Positions 1 through 10,465 of a DNA stretch of 64,000 nucleotides are shown in pieces. The position numbers and the translations under genes were made by a program. Positions within the stretch are counted from its first letter, which is position 1. The number at the start of each line of letters is the position of its first letter. The stretch comes from a bacterium (GTDB lineage Bacteria; UBA10199; 2-02-FULL-44-16; JAAZCA01): contig CAXXGI010000003.1 in the NCBI GenBank assembly GCA_963674695.2, positions 896,001 to 960,000 on the forward strand, given 5' to 3'. The notes beneath the pieces are model-generated. The model was not told the origin of the DNA. It saw nothing but the letters and a program-made list of their open reading frames with translations, and did no database searches.

Positions 1-434
1 ATGAAGGCGAAGAACATCCCGATGAGCAGATAGGCACAGATACTCCCAACGATGCGATCGGCGACGGCACGGTCGGAGATGAGCACATCACGCATGATCG
101 AGTGAATGGCGATGAACACGAACGCGGCGTAGGCAAAGGCCGTGACGATGAGGCTCCCCTCGATGGTCTCGATCGGAATGCCGGGTATGGCCCAGAGAAA
201 GCCGCCGATCACCGCCGCCGCCCCACAGATGATCGCGAATACCTTCGGCCGCCGCCGTTTGCGAATGGCGTGGATGACCGAACCGAAGACGGCAAACATA
301 CAGATGACAAAGAGGATATAGAGAACCGGATTCTGCTCCATGAACGTGGCCAGAACGAGCAAGACCACCTGCGCGGCGAGGATACTCCAATACCGATAGC
401 GATGGGAACTCCGTTCGGACATATCAGGCATCAT
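1..434 (-). CDS. Membrane protein, probable potassium/ion channel family (5' part; runs off the window edge)
   Basis: Not in the ORF track because it is truncated. Hand translation from ATG 434 (alternatives 431, 422) is open to position 1: MMPDMSERSSHRYRYWSILAAQVVLLVLATFMEQNPVLYILFVICMFAVFGSVIHAI...ISDRAVADRIVGSICAYLLIGMFFAF. Several hydrophobic helices; D-x-I-x-G-x-I-C-x-Y-L-L-x-G-x-x-F is typical of the region before the pore in small ion-channel-family proteins. Overlaps the stop of the upstream receiver gene. Confidence 0.65.
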   Translation of the reverse strand, partial: MMPDMSERSSHRYRYWSILAAQVVLLVLATFMEQNPVLYILFVICMFAVFGSVIHAIRKRRRPKVFAIICGAAAVIGGFLWAIPGIPIETIEGSLIVTAFAYAAFVFIAIHSIMRDVLISDRAVADRIVGSICAYLLIGMFFAF

Positions 435-822
435 CCCGAAACTTGAGGTAATCGCCGCGCATGACCTTTTCGACCCCCTCGATGAGCTCGTCCTTGCCGA
501 AGGGCTTGTAGAGGTAGATCTCAATCCCGCCGGCGCTCAGAAAACGATTGAGCCGCTGCGCGGAGGGAGAGGCCGAGATCGCCACGATGCGCGCATGCGG
601 CTTTGCCTCCTTGATCTTCTCGCACGCCTCAGCGCCGTCCATCTGCGGCATGATCAGGTCCATGAGAATGACATCGTAGTCCTTTTCCGCAACGCGCGTG
701 ACGGCTTCCTCGCCGGAAGAGGCCGCCTCGACCTCATACCCCGCATCGGTGAGGACAAGCTTGACCCCATCACAGACGCTCGGCTCGTCATCGACAACTA
801 AAATGGTCTTTTTCTCCGCCAT
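424..822 (-). CDS. Single-domain response regulator (CheY-like receiver)
   Basis: VVDDE acidic pocket, LMDLIMP phospho-Asp, AISA, LYKPF; no output domain. Confidence 0.92.
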   Translation of the reverse strand: MAEKKTILVVDDEPSVCDGVKLVLTDAGYEVEAASSGEEAVTRVAEKDYDVILMDLIMPQMDGAEACEKIKEAKPHARIVAISASPSAQRLNRFLSAGGIEIYLYKPFGKDELIEGVEKVMRGDYLKFRDDA

Positions 823-917
823 CTGGCCTCCTGTTGAGAATCATACCACAAATACTGTCATCTCGATATCCCGTTTGCGCCCCTTTTGCAATCCCCATTA
901 TGCATGTGGATACATTT

Positions 918-1895
918 CTATCCCGCATACCGGGGCGACCGACCCTGCTCCTCCAAAAGCGCATTGATTTCTCGCTTGAGCTCGATGATGCGCATCTCTC
1001 GACCGATCGCCATATGGTTGACCATTTCGATATCCTTGGTCTTTTGTTCAAACGCCTCCTGCGCCTCATGTTCCCGGGTGATATCGATCACAATCCCCTG
1101 ATAATGCGTCACCACCCCGGACGGATCGCGCCGAATCCAGGTGCGATCATCGATCCAACGCAGCTGTCCGTCTTGTGTCAGAATCCGATAGACCTGGGAG
1201 AAGTCTCGATCACCGGAATCCGTATGTTTTCGCACATCATCGCCCACGTGTTCCCGATCATCCGGATGAATCACATCGACGTAGGAGATGCGTCCCGACA
1301 GAAAATCATCGGGTTCATACCCAAACTGCCGCACGTTCTCGGTGACATATTCAACAGGCCATCCCTCGGCCGCGCGCCAGAGAAATGCCACCGCGGGACT
1401 GTTCACGACAATGAACTCCAACTTCTCTCGCCGCTCGCTCTCGCGCTGTAATCGATCCTGGATCTGCTTGATCTCCGTCAGATCCACGATGATCCCCCGC
1501 AGACCGATGATCTTTCCATTGCGCTCAATCGGATTGGACGAGATCATGACGGGAAACGTTTCCCCGTCCTTGCGCTGGGCGAGATAGGAATCGGGTTTTC
1601 GCAGCTCTCCCGAGAAGACGCGTTTGATGTTTTCCTCCCCGCGCGCCCGCTCTGCGGGAGCGAGCATCTGAACGGCGTTCACCCCGCGAGCAAAATCGTC
1701 TTCACTATACCCAAAAACCGTGTAGGCGTTTCTGTTGACGAACGTCAGTCGCCCCGTCGCATCCATCTCGAAGACGACTTGCGGCAGAAGGTCGGCAAGA
1801 TCGTGAAAACGACGCTCGCTCTCGGCATGGACGCGACCTGCCTGCACCTCGTTCGACGACGCCCGTGATTTCGCTGAATGATCTTCACCCCTCAT
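918..1895 (-). CDS. Two-PAS sensor protein without kinase domain, C-terminal coiled-coil tail
   Basis: Two PAS/PAC repeats (RKDGETFPV...DLTE; IHPDDR...DITRE); ends NHMAIGREMRIIELKREINALLEEQGRSPRY. Confidence 0.88.
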   Translation of the reverse strand: MRGEDHSAKSRASSNEVQAGRVHAESERRFHDLADLLPQVVFEMDATGRLTFVNRNAYTVFGYSEDDFARGVNAVQMLAPAERARGEENIKRVFSGELRKPDSYLAQRKDGETFPVMISSNPIERNGKIIGLRGIIVDLTEIKQIQDRLQRESERREKLEFIVVNSPAVAFLWRAAEGWPVEYVTENVRQFGYEPDDFLSGRISYVDVIHPDDREHVGDDVRKHTDSGDRDFSQVYRILTQDGQLRWIDDRTWIRRDPSGVVTHYQGIVIDITREHEAQEAFEQKTKDIEMVNHMAIGREMRIIELKREINALLEEQGRSPRYAG

Positions 1896-4800
1896 CGCTC
1901 ACCTCCACGTCACGGCCGCCGACAAGCGGCAGGATGACCGTAAACGTGCTCCCTTGGCCTTGCTCGCTCTTCACCTCGATGCGTCCGCCGTAGCGCTCGG
2001 TGATATCGCGCGCGATGGGCAGGCCCAGCCCCACGCCGCGACGATCCAGGCGCGTGCTGTAGAACGGCTCGAAGAGGCGATCCATCACGTCAGGGGCGAT
2101 ACCCTCGCCCGTGTCGGTGATGGCCACTGCAATCTCCTCTCCGTTCATTCGTGCGACGATGGTCAGATCTCCCCCCTGCGGCATGGCATCGACGGCATTG
2201 TTGACGATGTTCAAAAAGATCTGGTCCAGCTCGCCGACAATAGCCTCCTTGACGATGGGCTCATTCGGCCGTTCAAAGAGAACCTTCACCTGCTGCTGAT
2301 CGCACTGAAAGACGATCGCCTTGGCGATCCGATCGAGCATACTGCCGAAATCGATCGATACCTGATGGAATTCGCCCCAACGGGAGATCCCGGCCAGCGA
2401 GAGCATCCCGTCGATGATGTCGCGCGTCGAAATGAGCGAGGCCTTGGCCCGTTGCAGCAGCGCGGTCGCCTTGGCGTCGGAGGTAATGCGCGCGTTGGCC
2501 GCCTCCACATGCAGGAGCGCGCCGCAGATGGGGCTGGAGAGCTGATGGGCCACGCCCGCGCCCAGACGCCCCATCGCCGCAAGTTTGGAGGAGGCGAAGA
2601 GATCGGCGCGCGCCTCATCGAGTTCCTTCGTGCGCGCCTCGACGAGTCCGGCCATCTCGTTTGCATAGCGTTGGAGCTGCTCCGCCCCCAGGACCTCCTC
2701 GGTCACATCGACCCACTGGCAGACGACGTTGGTGAGCACCCCCTCGGCGTTCACGATCGGAAACATCGACACATCGATATGCATATCACGTGCACCGGAA
2801 AAATCGGCATGCGCGATGCGAGTTCCCGCCCAGAACATCCGAAACCGAACCGGCTCATGTTTCTCCATCACGCGCTGCACGAGCGGCATCAGCCCCTGCT
2901 GAATCAGGTTCTCGTCCTTACAGACGTTGTACCGTCCGATGAGCTGCGCATCAGTCAGGCCCGCGCTCTCGCGCAGGGCGCGATTGGAACGGGTCATCGT
3001 CCCCTTCTCATCCGAGACCCACATGGCAAATGGACTCTCATCCATGATCCGTTTGAGAAAGGACTCCGATGCCTTCAGCATCTCCTCTGCCCGTTTGCGG
3101 TCGGTGATGTCACGTGCCACCGCCAACATATGCGGCTGACCCCGATATTCATACGCGGAGCCATACACCTCAATCGGAAAGTATTCGCCTCCCTTTCTCA
3201 CATCGATCGACTCCGACTTAAAGCTCTCGCCCTTCAGAATCGCCTCACGGAAACGCGCAAATACGCCCCGACAATCCGGATGAACGATATTCGTTCCGGA
3301 GAGACCGATCAATGCATCATAAGAATAGCCATACATGACACAAGCAGCCGGATTGGCCTCGCAAATCACCCCATCCATATCGAAGATCAAAACCGCATCG
3401 CGAGCGGATTCAAAGATGCCTCGATATTGTTTTTCGCTCTCGCGCAGGGACTGCTCTACCCGTTTGCGCCTGGTGATGTCTTCGACCACAGCAACAAAGT
3501 AGTCCGGTTCTCCCCGCCCATCGCGAATGAGAGAGACGGTCAGGTTGATCCAGACGATCGAGCCGTCTTTGCGGAAATAGCGTTTCTCCATCGCGTAGGT
3601 CTCGATCGTGCCGGCGATCATCTGCCGCACATACGCCAGATCGGTTTCCAAATCATCGGGATGGGTGATATCCTGAAACGTCTTCCCGATCAGCTCGTCC
3701 TGTGCATATCCGACAATATCGCAGATTTTCTGATTGACCTTCATCCAGCGACCGTCGAGCGCCACATGCGCAACCCCGACCGCCGCCTGCTCGAACGTCC
3801 CGCGGAAACGCGCCTCACTCTCGCGCACGCTTGACAAAAGGCGATCGCGCTCATCGATCATGCGCGCCTGGGAGATGTTGGCGAAGCTCAGCGAAGAGAG
3901 CATATGGGAGAGCTTCGCATAGAGGGCCATGATCCGTTCGACGCGTTCATGGCTCCATCGCGGCACGCGGTGAAGCGCCTCAAGATAGGCCTTCTCATCA
4001 AAGCCGTATTGCTGCGCCTGCCGGCGAAAGAGCGCCTCATCGAGCACTTCGTCATCGAAGAAGAATTGTCCCAGAAAGAGGTTTCCGAGATGTTTTCCAC
4101 CGACGACGATGGGAGTGACCATGTCCCACATGTTGTTCTTGCAGTGGTAGAGCTTGAACGTCCCCGGCTCGACCCCGTGGGAGAGCTCGGTGTCGCTCTC
4201 CAGGCAATGCCTTCTCGTCTCGGGATGAACCCGGTGAAACTGCGCACAGATATCCTGCCACCCGACGGAGACCAGGACCCTTCCCTCCATATCCAGGAGC
4301 GCCATGCCGGCACCCGTCACCCGATAGAAATCCTCCATCAGCTTCTGCACAACCACGACATCCATCACATCGCGGAGCGAGAGTTCCCCGATATCCCCCT
4401 CCGGGGCGAGGAGGGCGTCGAGTTTCCGCTGCACTCGCCCCTCGCTCTCGCGCAGGGACTGCTCCGCACGCTTGCGCTCAGTCACATCATCGTAGATGGC
4501 GACGATCTCGCCGGTAGGGAGTTTGTAGACAAAGTTCTCGCGCCAACCGATTTCGCGCGCGTCCTGATAGAGGTGCACCGGGAACTCTTCCGACACGCCC
4601 GTTCGCCAGACACGCTCGAAGACCTCGATGAGACCGAATGGAACCACTCCGGGGAAGACCTCGCGCACTTCACGCCCGATGACCTCCTTGCGCGCGATGC
4701 CGTCCACACGCTCGGCGGCCTCGTTGAACTCCCGGAAGACGAATCGCCTGCCCTCATCCTGCACCTCATAGACGGCCACGCACCCGCTCATGTGACGCAC

Positions 4801-5067
4801 CAACTCCCGATAGCGCTCCTCACTCTCGGTAAGGACGGCCTTGACACGACTGCGCTGTTCTATCGCCAGGACGATCAGGATGCTCGGCACCACATAGAGG
4901 ACGATCGCCAGGAGCCGAACGACCGCGCACGGAGCTGCTATCTGCAAGAAGAGGTAGTCGCTGAATTGACCGCTGAAGAAATGGGAACCGATAAACGCCT
5001 GAAGGAGCCAGAAGGCCGCCACCGGCGCGATCAGGATCAGGATGATTCTTTTGGTATCACGATGCAT
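1885..5067 (-). CDS. Membrane-bound PAS + PocR-domain sensor histidine kinase
   Basis: Two N-terminal TM helices, four PAS domains, PocR domain (GWQDICAQFHRVHPETRRHC...CKNNMWDMVTPIVVGGKHLGNLFLGQFF), H-box AHQLSSP, N-box NIVNNAVDA, DTGEG, FEPFYST, GVGLGL. Confidence 0.92.
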   Translation of the reverse strand: MHRDTKRIILILIAPVAAFWLLQAFIGSHFFSGQFSDYLFLQIAAPCAVVRLLAIVLYVVPSILIVLAIEQRSRVKAVLTESEERYRELVRHMSGCVAVYEVQDEGRRFVFREFNEAAERVDGIARKEVIGREVREVFPGVVPFGLIEVFERVWRTGVSEEFPVHLYQDAREIGWRENFVYKLPTGEIVAIYDDVTERKRAEQSLRESEGRVQRKLDALLAPEGDIGELSLRDVMDVVVVQKLMEDFYRVTGAGMALLDMEGRVLVSVGWQDICAQFHRVHPETRRHCLESDTELSHGVEPGTFKLYHCKNNMWDMVTPIVVGGKHLGNLFLGQFFFDDEVLDEALFRRQAQQYGFDEKAYLEALHRVPRWSHERVERIMALYAKLSHMLSSLSFANISQARMIDERDRLLSSVRESEARFRGTFEQAAVGVAHVALDGRWMKVNQKICDIVGYAQDELIGKTFQDITHPDDLETDLAYVRQMIAGTIETYAMEKRYFRKDGSIVWINLTVSLIRDGRGEPDYFVAVVEDITRRKRVEQSLRESEKQYRGIFESARDAVLIFDMDGVICEANPAACVMYGYSYDALIGLSGTNIVHPDCRGVFARFREAILKGESFKSESIDVRKGGEYFPIEVYGSAYEYRGQPHMLAVARDITDRKRAEEMLKASESFLKRIMDESPFAMWVSDEKGTMTRSNRALRESAGLTDAQLIGRYNVCKDENLIQQGLMPLVQRVMEKHEPVRFRMFWAGTRIAHADFSGARDMHIDVSMFPIVNAEGVLTNVVCQWVDVTEEVLGAEQLQRYANEMAGLVEARTKELDEARADLFASSKLAAMGRLGAGVAHQLSSPICGALLHVEAANARITSDAKATALLQRAKASLISTRDIIDGMLSLAGISRWGEFHQVSIDFGSMLDRIAKAIVFQCDQQQVKVLFERPNEPIVKEAIVGELDQIFLNIVNNAVDAMPQGGDLTIVARMNGEEIAVAITDTGEGIAPDVMDRLFEPFYSTRLDRRGVGLGLPIARDITERYGGRIEVKSEQGQGSTFTVILPLVGGRDVEVSDEG

Positions 5068-5086
5068 AATAAGATGCCCCCTGTCC

Positions 5087-6826
5087 TCACTTCACCGTCG
5101 GTTCCTCCAGTGGAAGACGAACGGTAAAAACGGTCCCCTTGCCCAGCTCGCTGGCCACCTCGATCGTACCCTGATAGCGATCGATGATCTGCCTGACGAG
5201 CGGCAAACCGATACCGACGCCATGTTCCTCCAAGCGTGTCGTGAAGAACGGTTCATAGAGCCGAGGCATATGCTCGGGCGCAATACCACAGCCGGTATCG
5301 GCGATGCGGATCAGAATGTGCTCGCCCTCGAGACGGCTCTCAACGAGCAGCAGGCCGCCGTCCTTCATCGCATCGATGGCGTTGTTGATGAGGTTCAAAA
5401 AGACCTGACCCAGCTCGCCGATGTTCGTCTCGATCAAGGGCAGCTCCGGGTCCAGATCGGTGCGAATCTCGATGCTGCGCTTGGTGCAATCGAGCTTGTT
5501 GAGGTCAAGGATGTGCTGCAGCCGTGCGTTGAGATCGGCGCGTCTTCTCCCCGGTTTTTCATGCCGATCGACCACCGCGAGTGAAAGCATGCAATCGAGG
5601 ACTTCGCGCATATCGCTGAGCGATTTCCGTACGCGCACGAGCATCCCATGCGCCTCGCCCCTGTCCTGGCAGTGATCGAGCAGGGTATCCATGTGCAGCA
5701 TCGCGCTCGTGAGCGGCGAACCCAGTTGATGGGCGATACCCGCGCCCATGCGCCCCATCGCCGCGAGTTTCGACTGCTGAAAGAGGTCAGCACGGGCACT
5801 ATCGCGTTCATTGGTGCGTTCGACCACCTCTGTCTCGAGGTTTTCAGCATATCCCCGGAGCTGTGCCTGCGCCTTTCTGCGTTCCGTCACGTCCACGGCG
5901 ATCTCGAAGCGCACATCGCGCCCGTCCGGCCATGTGATGATGCGATCGAAGATGTCGAAGTCGCGCTGCAGGTTCTCGTTGTGAAACTCCCAGCGATAAG
6001 GTTTGCCCTTCTCCTTGAGGATGATGTGGTTGGTGCAAAAGGAACAGGGAGCATCGAGATTCTGGAACTCGCGAAAACACTTCTTCCCGACCGGATCATG
6101 CCCCAAGAGCTCGCGGAAATATCGATTCACGAAGAGGACCTCGTTGTTCACCGGATCGGTCACATAGACGATCTCTTCAAACCCGTCGAAGATCGAGAGC
6201 AACTGCGCGCGCTCAAACGCCAACGCCTCCTGCGTCCGCATCGTTTCCGTGATATCGAGGGTCGTCTCAACGACATTCTGCACGCGTCCCTGCGCATCCT
6301 GAATCGGATACCCGCAGACGCGCCAGATGCGACCGTCGGGCGTGCGCATCTCCGCCTCATGAAACTGCCCGTCCGCGAAGGCTTTGACGACCGGGCACCC
6401 CTCGCAGGGCGTCTCCCGTCCATGCCACACGTCGAAGCAATGTCGCCCCTTCATCACCTCGGGGGAGAAACCCACCGATTCTGCTGCCGCCCGATTCGTC
6501 CAGATGATGTGCAAGCCGGGTTCGTGCAGGATGACCAGTTCATGGACGCTATCGAGGACCGTCCCCATGCGCCGTTCGCTCTCGGAGAGCCGTTCCTCGG
6601 CTTTTTGGCGGGAACCCATCAACGAAACCGTCATCATCCCGAAGAGCGTGAGGATCACCATCCCCATTGCCCGGTGATAAAGGACATGTGCCGGCGCATC
6701 GAGGATGAGGAGATCGAGAAAGGAGAACCGTTCAAAGAAAACCCCCTCAAAGAGGGCGTCGAAGACCCAATAGAGCAGCACCGCAACGAACGTGAGCAAC
6801 ATGATCCGCTTGCGATCCCATTTCAT
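5087..6826 (-). CDS. Membrane-bound PAS sensor histidine kinase with Cys-rich PAS domains
   Basis: Two TM helices; PAS motifs CFDVWHGRETPCEGC and CFREFQNLDAPCSFC; H-box AHQLGSP; NLINNAIDA, DTGCG, GVGIGL. Confidence 0.92.
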   Translation of the reverse strand: MKWDRKRIMLLTFVAVLLYWVFDALFEGVFFERFSFLDLLILDAPAHVLYHRAMGMVILTLFGMMTVSLMGSRQKAEERLSESERRMGTVLDSVHELVILHEPGLHIIWTNRAAAESVGFSPEVMKGRHCFDVWHGRETPCEGCPVVKAFADGQFHEAEMRTPDGRIWRVCGYPIQDAQGRVQNVVETTLDITETMRTQEALAFERAQLLSIFDGFEEIVYVTDPVNNEVLFVNRYFRELLGHDPVGKKCFREFQNLDAPCSFCTNHIILKEKGKPYRWEFHNENLQRDFDIFDRIITWPDGRDVRFEIAVDVTERRKAQAQLRGYAENLETEVVERTNERDSARADLFQQSKLAAMGRMGAGIAHQLGSPLTSAMLHMDTLLDHCQDRGEAHGMLVRVRKSLSDMREVLDCMLSLAVVDRHEKPGRRRADLNARLQHILDLNKLDCTKRSIEIRTDLDPELPLIETNIGELGQVFLNLINNAIDAMKDGGLLLVESRLEGEHILIRIADTGCGIAPEHMPRLYEPFFTTRLEEHGVGIGLPLVRQIIDRYQGTIEVASELGKGTVFTVRLPLEEPTVK

Positions 6827-8706
6827 GAAGGGTCTCCCTTCGCATCGAGGGGCAATGCGACCTCGAAGAGAGTGCCTCGTCCCACGTCGCTGTCGACCTG
6901 CATCTTTCCGTGATAACGCTCAACGATCTGCTGTGCGATATAGAGGCCCAAACCCAAACCCCGCCCATCCGAACGCGTCGTGAAGAAGGGCTCGAAGATC
7001 TTGTCCAGATCCTCCGGCAGAATGCCGCCGCCGGTATCCTGCACGCGCACCAGGATAGTGCCCCCCTTCAGACGCGACTCGACCCCCAGCGCACCCCCAG
7101 CGTCCATGACATCGATCGCATTATTGATGAGATTTAAGAAAACCTGATCCAGCTCCCCGCGCACCGCGGAAAGGGGCGGAAGGTTCTCATCCAACAGGAT
7201 GCGCACGGTAATATCGCGATTGTGGCACTCGAGGTTCGCCAAATCGACGATATGCGCCAACACATCGTTGATCTGCACGGGCTCGCGCTTGCGCTCATCG
7301 CGCGTCCCCGACATGGCCAACGACAGCATGCTCTGGATCACGTCGCGCATGTCGATGAACGTGCGCTGAATATCCATAAGCTGTTTGAGCGTCTTCGGCT
7401 GCTGCTGGAGCGCATCGGCCATGGTGTCGACGAGCAGGAGCCCGCCGCTGATGGGGCTAATGAGCTGATGCGCAATGCCGACGCTCATGCGCCCCATCGC
7501 CGCAATCTTTGAGGCGGAGAAGAGTTCCGCACGAATGCGGTCGAGCTCCTTCGTACGACTCTCGACCATGCGTTCGAGATCCTTCGAATAGGCTTCGAGC
7601 TGTCGCCTCGCTTCCATGCGCTCGGTGATATCGCGCACATAGACGAGCACTATCTTCTCATCGTCGATAGAGAGCAAACGCGTATTGACCTCAGTGGGAA
7701 AGACCGTTCCGTCCCGGCGCACCCCCTTGGCCTCGAGGAAGACGCGCCCCTGCCTGTTGTGCTCCTCGATGATTTCACTCAGATGCTCGGCGATCTCAGC
7801 CGGCACGAGATCGCCGACCGTCATCCGCTGGAGTTCCTCCTTGGAATATCCATAAAGATGCGTTGCGGCTCCGTTACAATCGAGCACCCTTCCGTCGAGC
7901 GTCTCGAGAAAGATGGCATCGCTCGAGGCTTCAAACAATGTGCGATAGCGCAGCTCGCTCTCACGCAGCGTCGCCTCCCCCTCTTTGCGACTGGTGATAT
8001 CGCGTGAGATTCCCATGACGGCGATAACGGCACCCCCATGCCGCAGCGGCACCAAACGGGTATCGAGGCAGATGGCCTTTCCCGGCATGTCGATCCAACC
8101 CTCATGCGAAACCGACAGACCACGCTCGAAAACCTCGCGGATATGGCGAGATTGTCGCTCGGCTGTTTTCTCGGAAAAGAGATTCGTCAATCCGTTCCCG
8201 ACTATGCCGGAGGAAGAAAGATGCATCGCCTCCATCCCCCGGTGGTTCACGTATTGAACACGCATATCACGGCCGATGATGAAGATAAAATCGGGAGAGG
8301 ACTCCGCCAACGTTCGATAGCGTTCCTCGCTCTCATGTTCGAGCGCACGCGCGTGCCCAATGTCATGAAAATAACGCCCGGCAAACAACACGCCCGCGAA
8401 GAGGATGAACGCGATCATGAGGGCAAGCGGCTCGGAGACCACAGGCGCCTGAAGAGAGACCGTCGCCACCGAAGCGATGAGACCAGCGAGCTCACGAACG
8501 GGAAGAAAGAGGATGACGAGCGCCACCAGCAACCACCAGATGCGCCGCTGGTCAAGACGCACCTGAACGACGGCAAACGCGGTAGCGATGGCCTGAAGCG
8601 CAACACTCAAATACATCATAGCAGGGGCATGCACGTTCCTTGCTCCATCTCTCCGCGCTCCCGCGAACCGTCCGTGCGCGGCATCAAGCCGTGTTCTGCC
8701 GTCCAT
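6823..8706 (-). CDS. Membrane-bound PAS sensor histidine kinase
   Basis: Three TM helices, two PAS domains, H-box AHQLISP, NLINNAID, DTGGG, FEPFFTT, GLGLGL. True start may be GTG 8634 or ATG 8619. Confidence 0.9.
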   Translation of the reverse strand: MDGRTRLDAAHGRFAGARRDGARNVHAPAMMYLSVALQAIATAFAVVQVRLDQRRIWWLLVALVILFLPVRELAGLIASVATVSLQAPVVSEPLALMIAFILFAGVLFAGRYFHDIGHARALEHESEERYRTLAESSPDFIFIIGRDMRVQYVNHRGMEAMHLSSSGIVGNGLTNLFSEKTAERQSRHIREVFERGLSVSHEGWIDMPGKAICLDTRLVPLRHGGAVIAVMGISRDITSRKEGEATLRESELRYRTLFEASSDAIFLETLDGRVLDCNGAATHLYGYSKEELQRMTVGDLVPAEIAEHLSEIIEEHNRQGRVFLEAKGVRRDGTVFPTEVNTRLLSIDDEKIVLVYVRDITERMEARRQLEAYSKDLERMVESRTKELDRIRAELFSASKIAAMGRMSVGIAHQLISPISGGLLLVDTMADALQQQPKTLKQLMDIQRTFIDMRDVIQSMLSLAMSGTRDERKREPVQINDVLAHIVDLANLECHNRDITVRILLDENLPPLSAVRGELDQVFLNLINNAIDVMDAGGALGVESRLKGGTILVRVQDTGGGILPEDLDKIFEPFFTTRSDGRGLGLGLYIAQQIVERYHGKMQVDSDVGRGTLFEVALPLDAKGDPS

Positions 8707-8755
8707 CGTCGGTGTGCGTCTTCATCATCGACATATTCGCCTCATTCCAAATCCA

Positions 8756-10465
8756 CTAGGTCATCGAGAGCTCATCCGGATCACGGGCGAGATCCCCCTC
8801 ATCGGAGGACTCTTCAGGCCCTTCTCGGGAGAGCGTAAAGGCAAAGATCGAACCCTTTCCCGGATCGCTCTCCACCCGAACCGTCCCGCCATGGCGCTCG
8901 ACAATCTCTTTGACGATCGCCAGCCCCAGACCAAGCCCCTGGGTCCCCGGAGCATATTTGCGTTCGACCTGCCGAAAGCGCTCGAAGATCACGCTCTGAT
9001 ACTCACGCGGAATACCGATGCCGGTATCGGAAACCCGAACCTCGATCGTCTGCACCGTATCGGAGAGTTCAAGAACAATACGCCCCCCCTCGCTCGAATA
9101 TTTGATGGCGTTGTCCAGAAGATTTCCGATTGCCTGATGGATCTTACGGGGGTCACAGCGAAGTTCCGGGTTCTTGAGCTCTCCGATCACTTCGAAGTGC
9201 CGATTGTATTCGGCCATCATCGGTTCGTAGAGCGTGCGCACACCATCGACGATATCCAGGATCGAACACGCCTCTGCCTCCAGGATAAAACGCGCCTTCC
9301 GCAAGCGCGAATACTCGAGCAATCCGTCGATGAGCGCTGCCAAACGATTGGACGCTGCATCTGCCCGCTGCAGACCACGAGTCATCCGCTCGCCGAATTC
9401 ACCCATACTGCCGATGATGGCATTCGAGAGAAAGAGCTTGATGAGCGCCAAGGGTGTTCGCAACTCATGGGAGACCGTCGTGATCAACTCATCCTTGGCG
9501 CGATCGAGTTCACGTTGACGAGTAACATCCGTCACGGTCATCAAGGCGATGGCCGCATGCCGTTCTCCGTCGAGCAAGGATGCCGACACCTGCAGAATGC
9601 GCAGCGGCGCCTTACGGGCAACGAACTCCGCCGTATAGGAATCGCCCGACTCAAACACAACACGCATAAACTCTTCCTGCGGAAACCAACTGCTGGCGCA
9701 CACATGCTCCCATCTCAGCGCCTCCCCTTCCGGTCCATCGAACATCATCTGCGCGGCCTCGTTGGAAAGCAGCACATCTCCCGTCTCATCGATAAGCACC
9801 AACCCCTCCGACATGGCGGCAATGGAGCTGGCGAGCTTTGCACGTTCTTCGTCGACGGCAATGCGAGACTGTTCCACATCGTCGAGCATGGAGAGCACAG
9901 CGCGGTTGCGATCATGGAGCGCACCGATCGCCACTTCGAGTTTTTCATTCGCCTCGCGATAGCCCTGTTCGGCCTGCAGGCGTGCGTTGACCTCCTCCTG
10001 CAAATGATGAATCGCCTCAGAGAGCTCGGTCGTGCGCCCTGCTATCTCCTGTTCCAATTCCATCTGCTGTCGTTCGATCTCCTGTTGTGCCAATCGACGC
10101 TCGGTCACATTCCAGAAGACACCCAGCACTCCGACAGCGGCACCCGTCTCGTCCTTCACCGGAAACTTCATCGTCTGCACCCAGGCTTCTTTACCGTCGA
10201 TGACATATTCCTCTTCGATCATCTTGATCATCCCCGAAGCCATCACCGCGCGGTCATCGGCGCGATATTTTTCGACCAGCTCGGGAGCAAATAAATCGGC
10301 ATCGGTCTTTCCAACGACCTCATCGGGACGCCGCTTGAGATCGCGCGCGAATGCATCATTGCAGCGCCGATAGACCAATTTGGCGTCCTTGAAAAACACC
10401 CGCTGCGGCAAAAAATTGTTCAACGCCGAACGCCAGACCTGCTCGACCTGTTCTTCCTTCATCAT
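8756..10465 (-). CDS. Cytoplasmic PAS sensor histidine kinase (canonical HisKA)
   Basis: PAS, coiled coil containing RNRAVLSMLDDVEQSR, second PAS, SHELRTPL, NLLDNAIKY, DTGIG, FERFRQV, GLGLGL. Confidence 0.93.
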   Translation of the reverse strand: MMKEEQVEQVWRSALNNFLPQRVFFKDAKLVYRRCNDAFARDLKRRPDEVVGKTDADLFAPELVEKYRADDRAVMASGMIKMIEEEYVIDGKEAWVQTMKFPVKDETGAAVGVLGVFWNVTERRLAQQEIERQQMELEQEIAGRTTELSEAIHHLQEEVNARLQAEQGYREANEKLEVAIGALHDRNRAVLSMLDDVEQSRIAVDEERAKLASSIAAMSEGLVLIDETGDVLLSNEAAQMMFDGPEGEALRWEHVCASSWFPQEEFMRVVFESGDSYTAEFVARKAPLRILQVSASLLDGERHAAIALMTVTDVTRQRELDRAKDELITTVSHELRTPLALIKLFLSNAIIGSMGEFGERMTRGLQRADAASNRLAALIDGLLEYSRLRKARFILEAEACSILDIVDGVRTLYEPMMAEYNRHFEVIGELKNPELRCDPRKIHQAIGNLLDNAIKYSSEGGRIVLELSDTVQTIEVRVSDTGIGIPREYQSVIFERFRQVERKYAPGTQGLGLGLAIVKEIVERHGGTVRVESDPGKGSIFAFTLSREGPEESSDEGDLARDPDELSMT

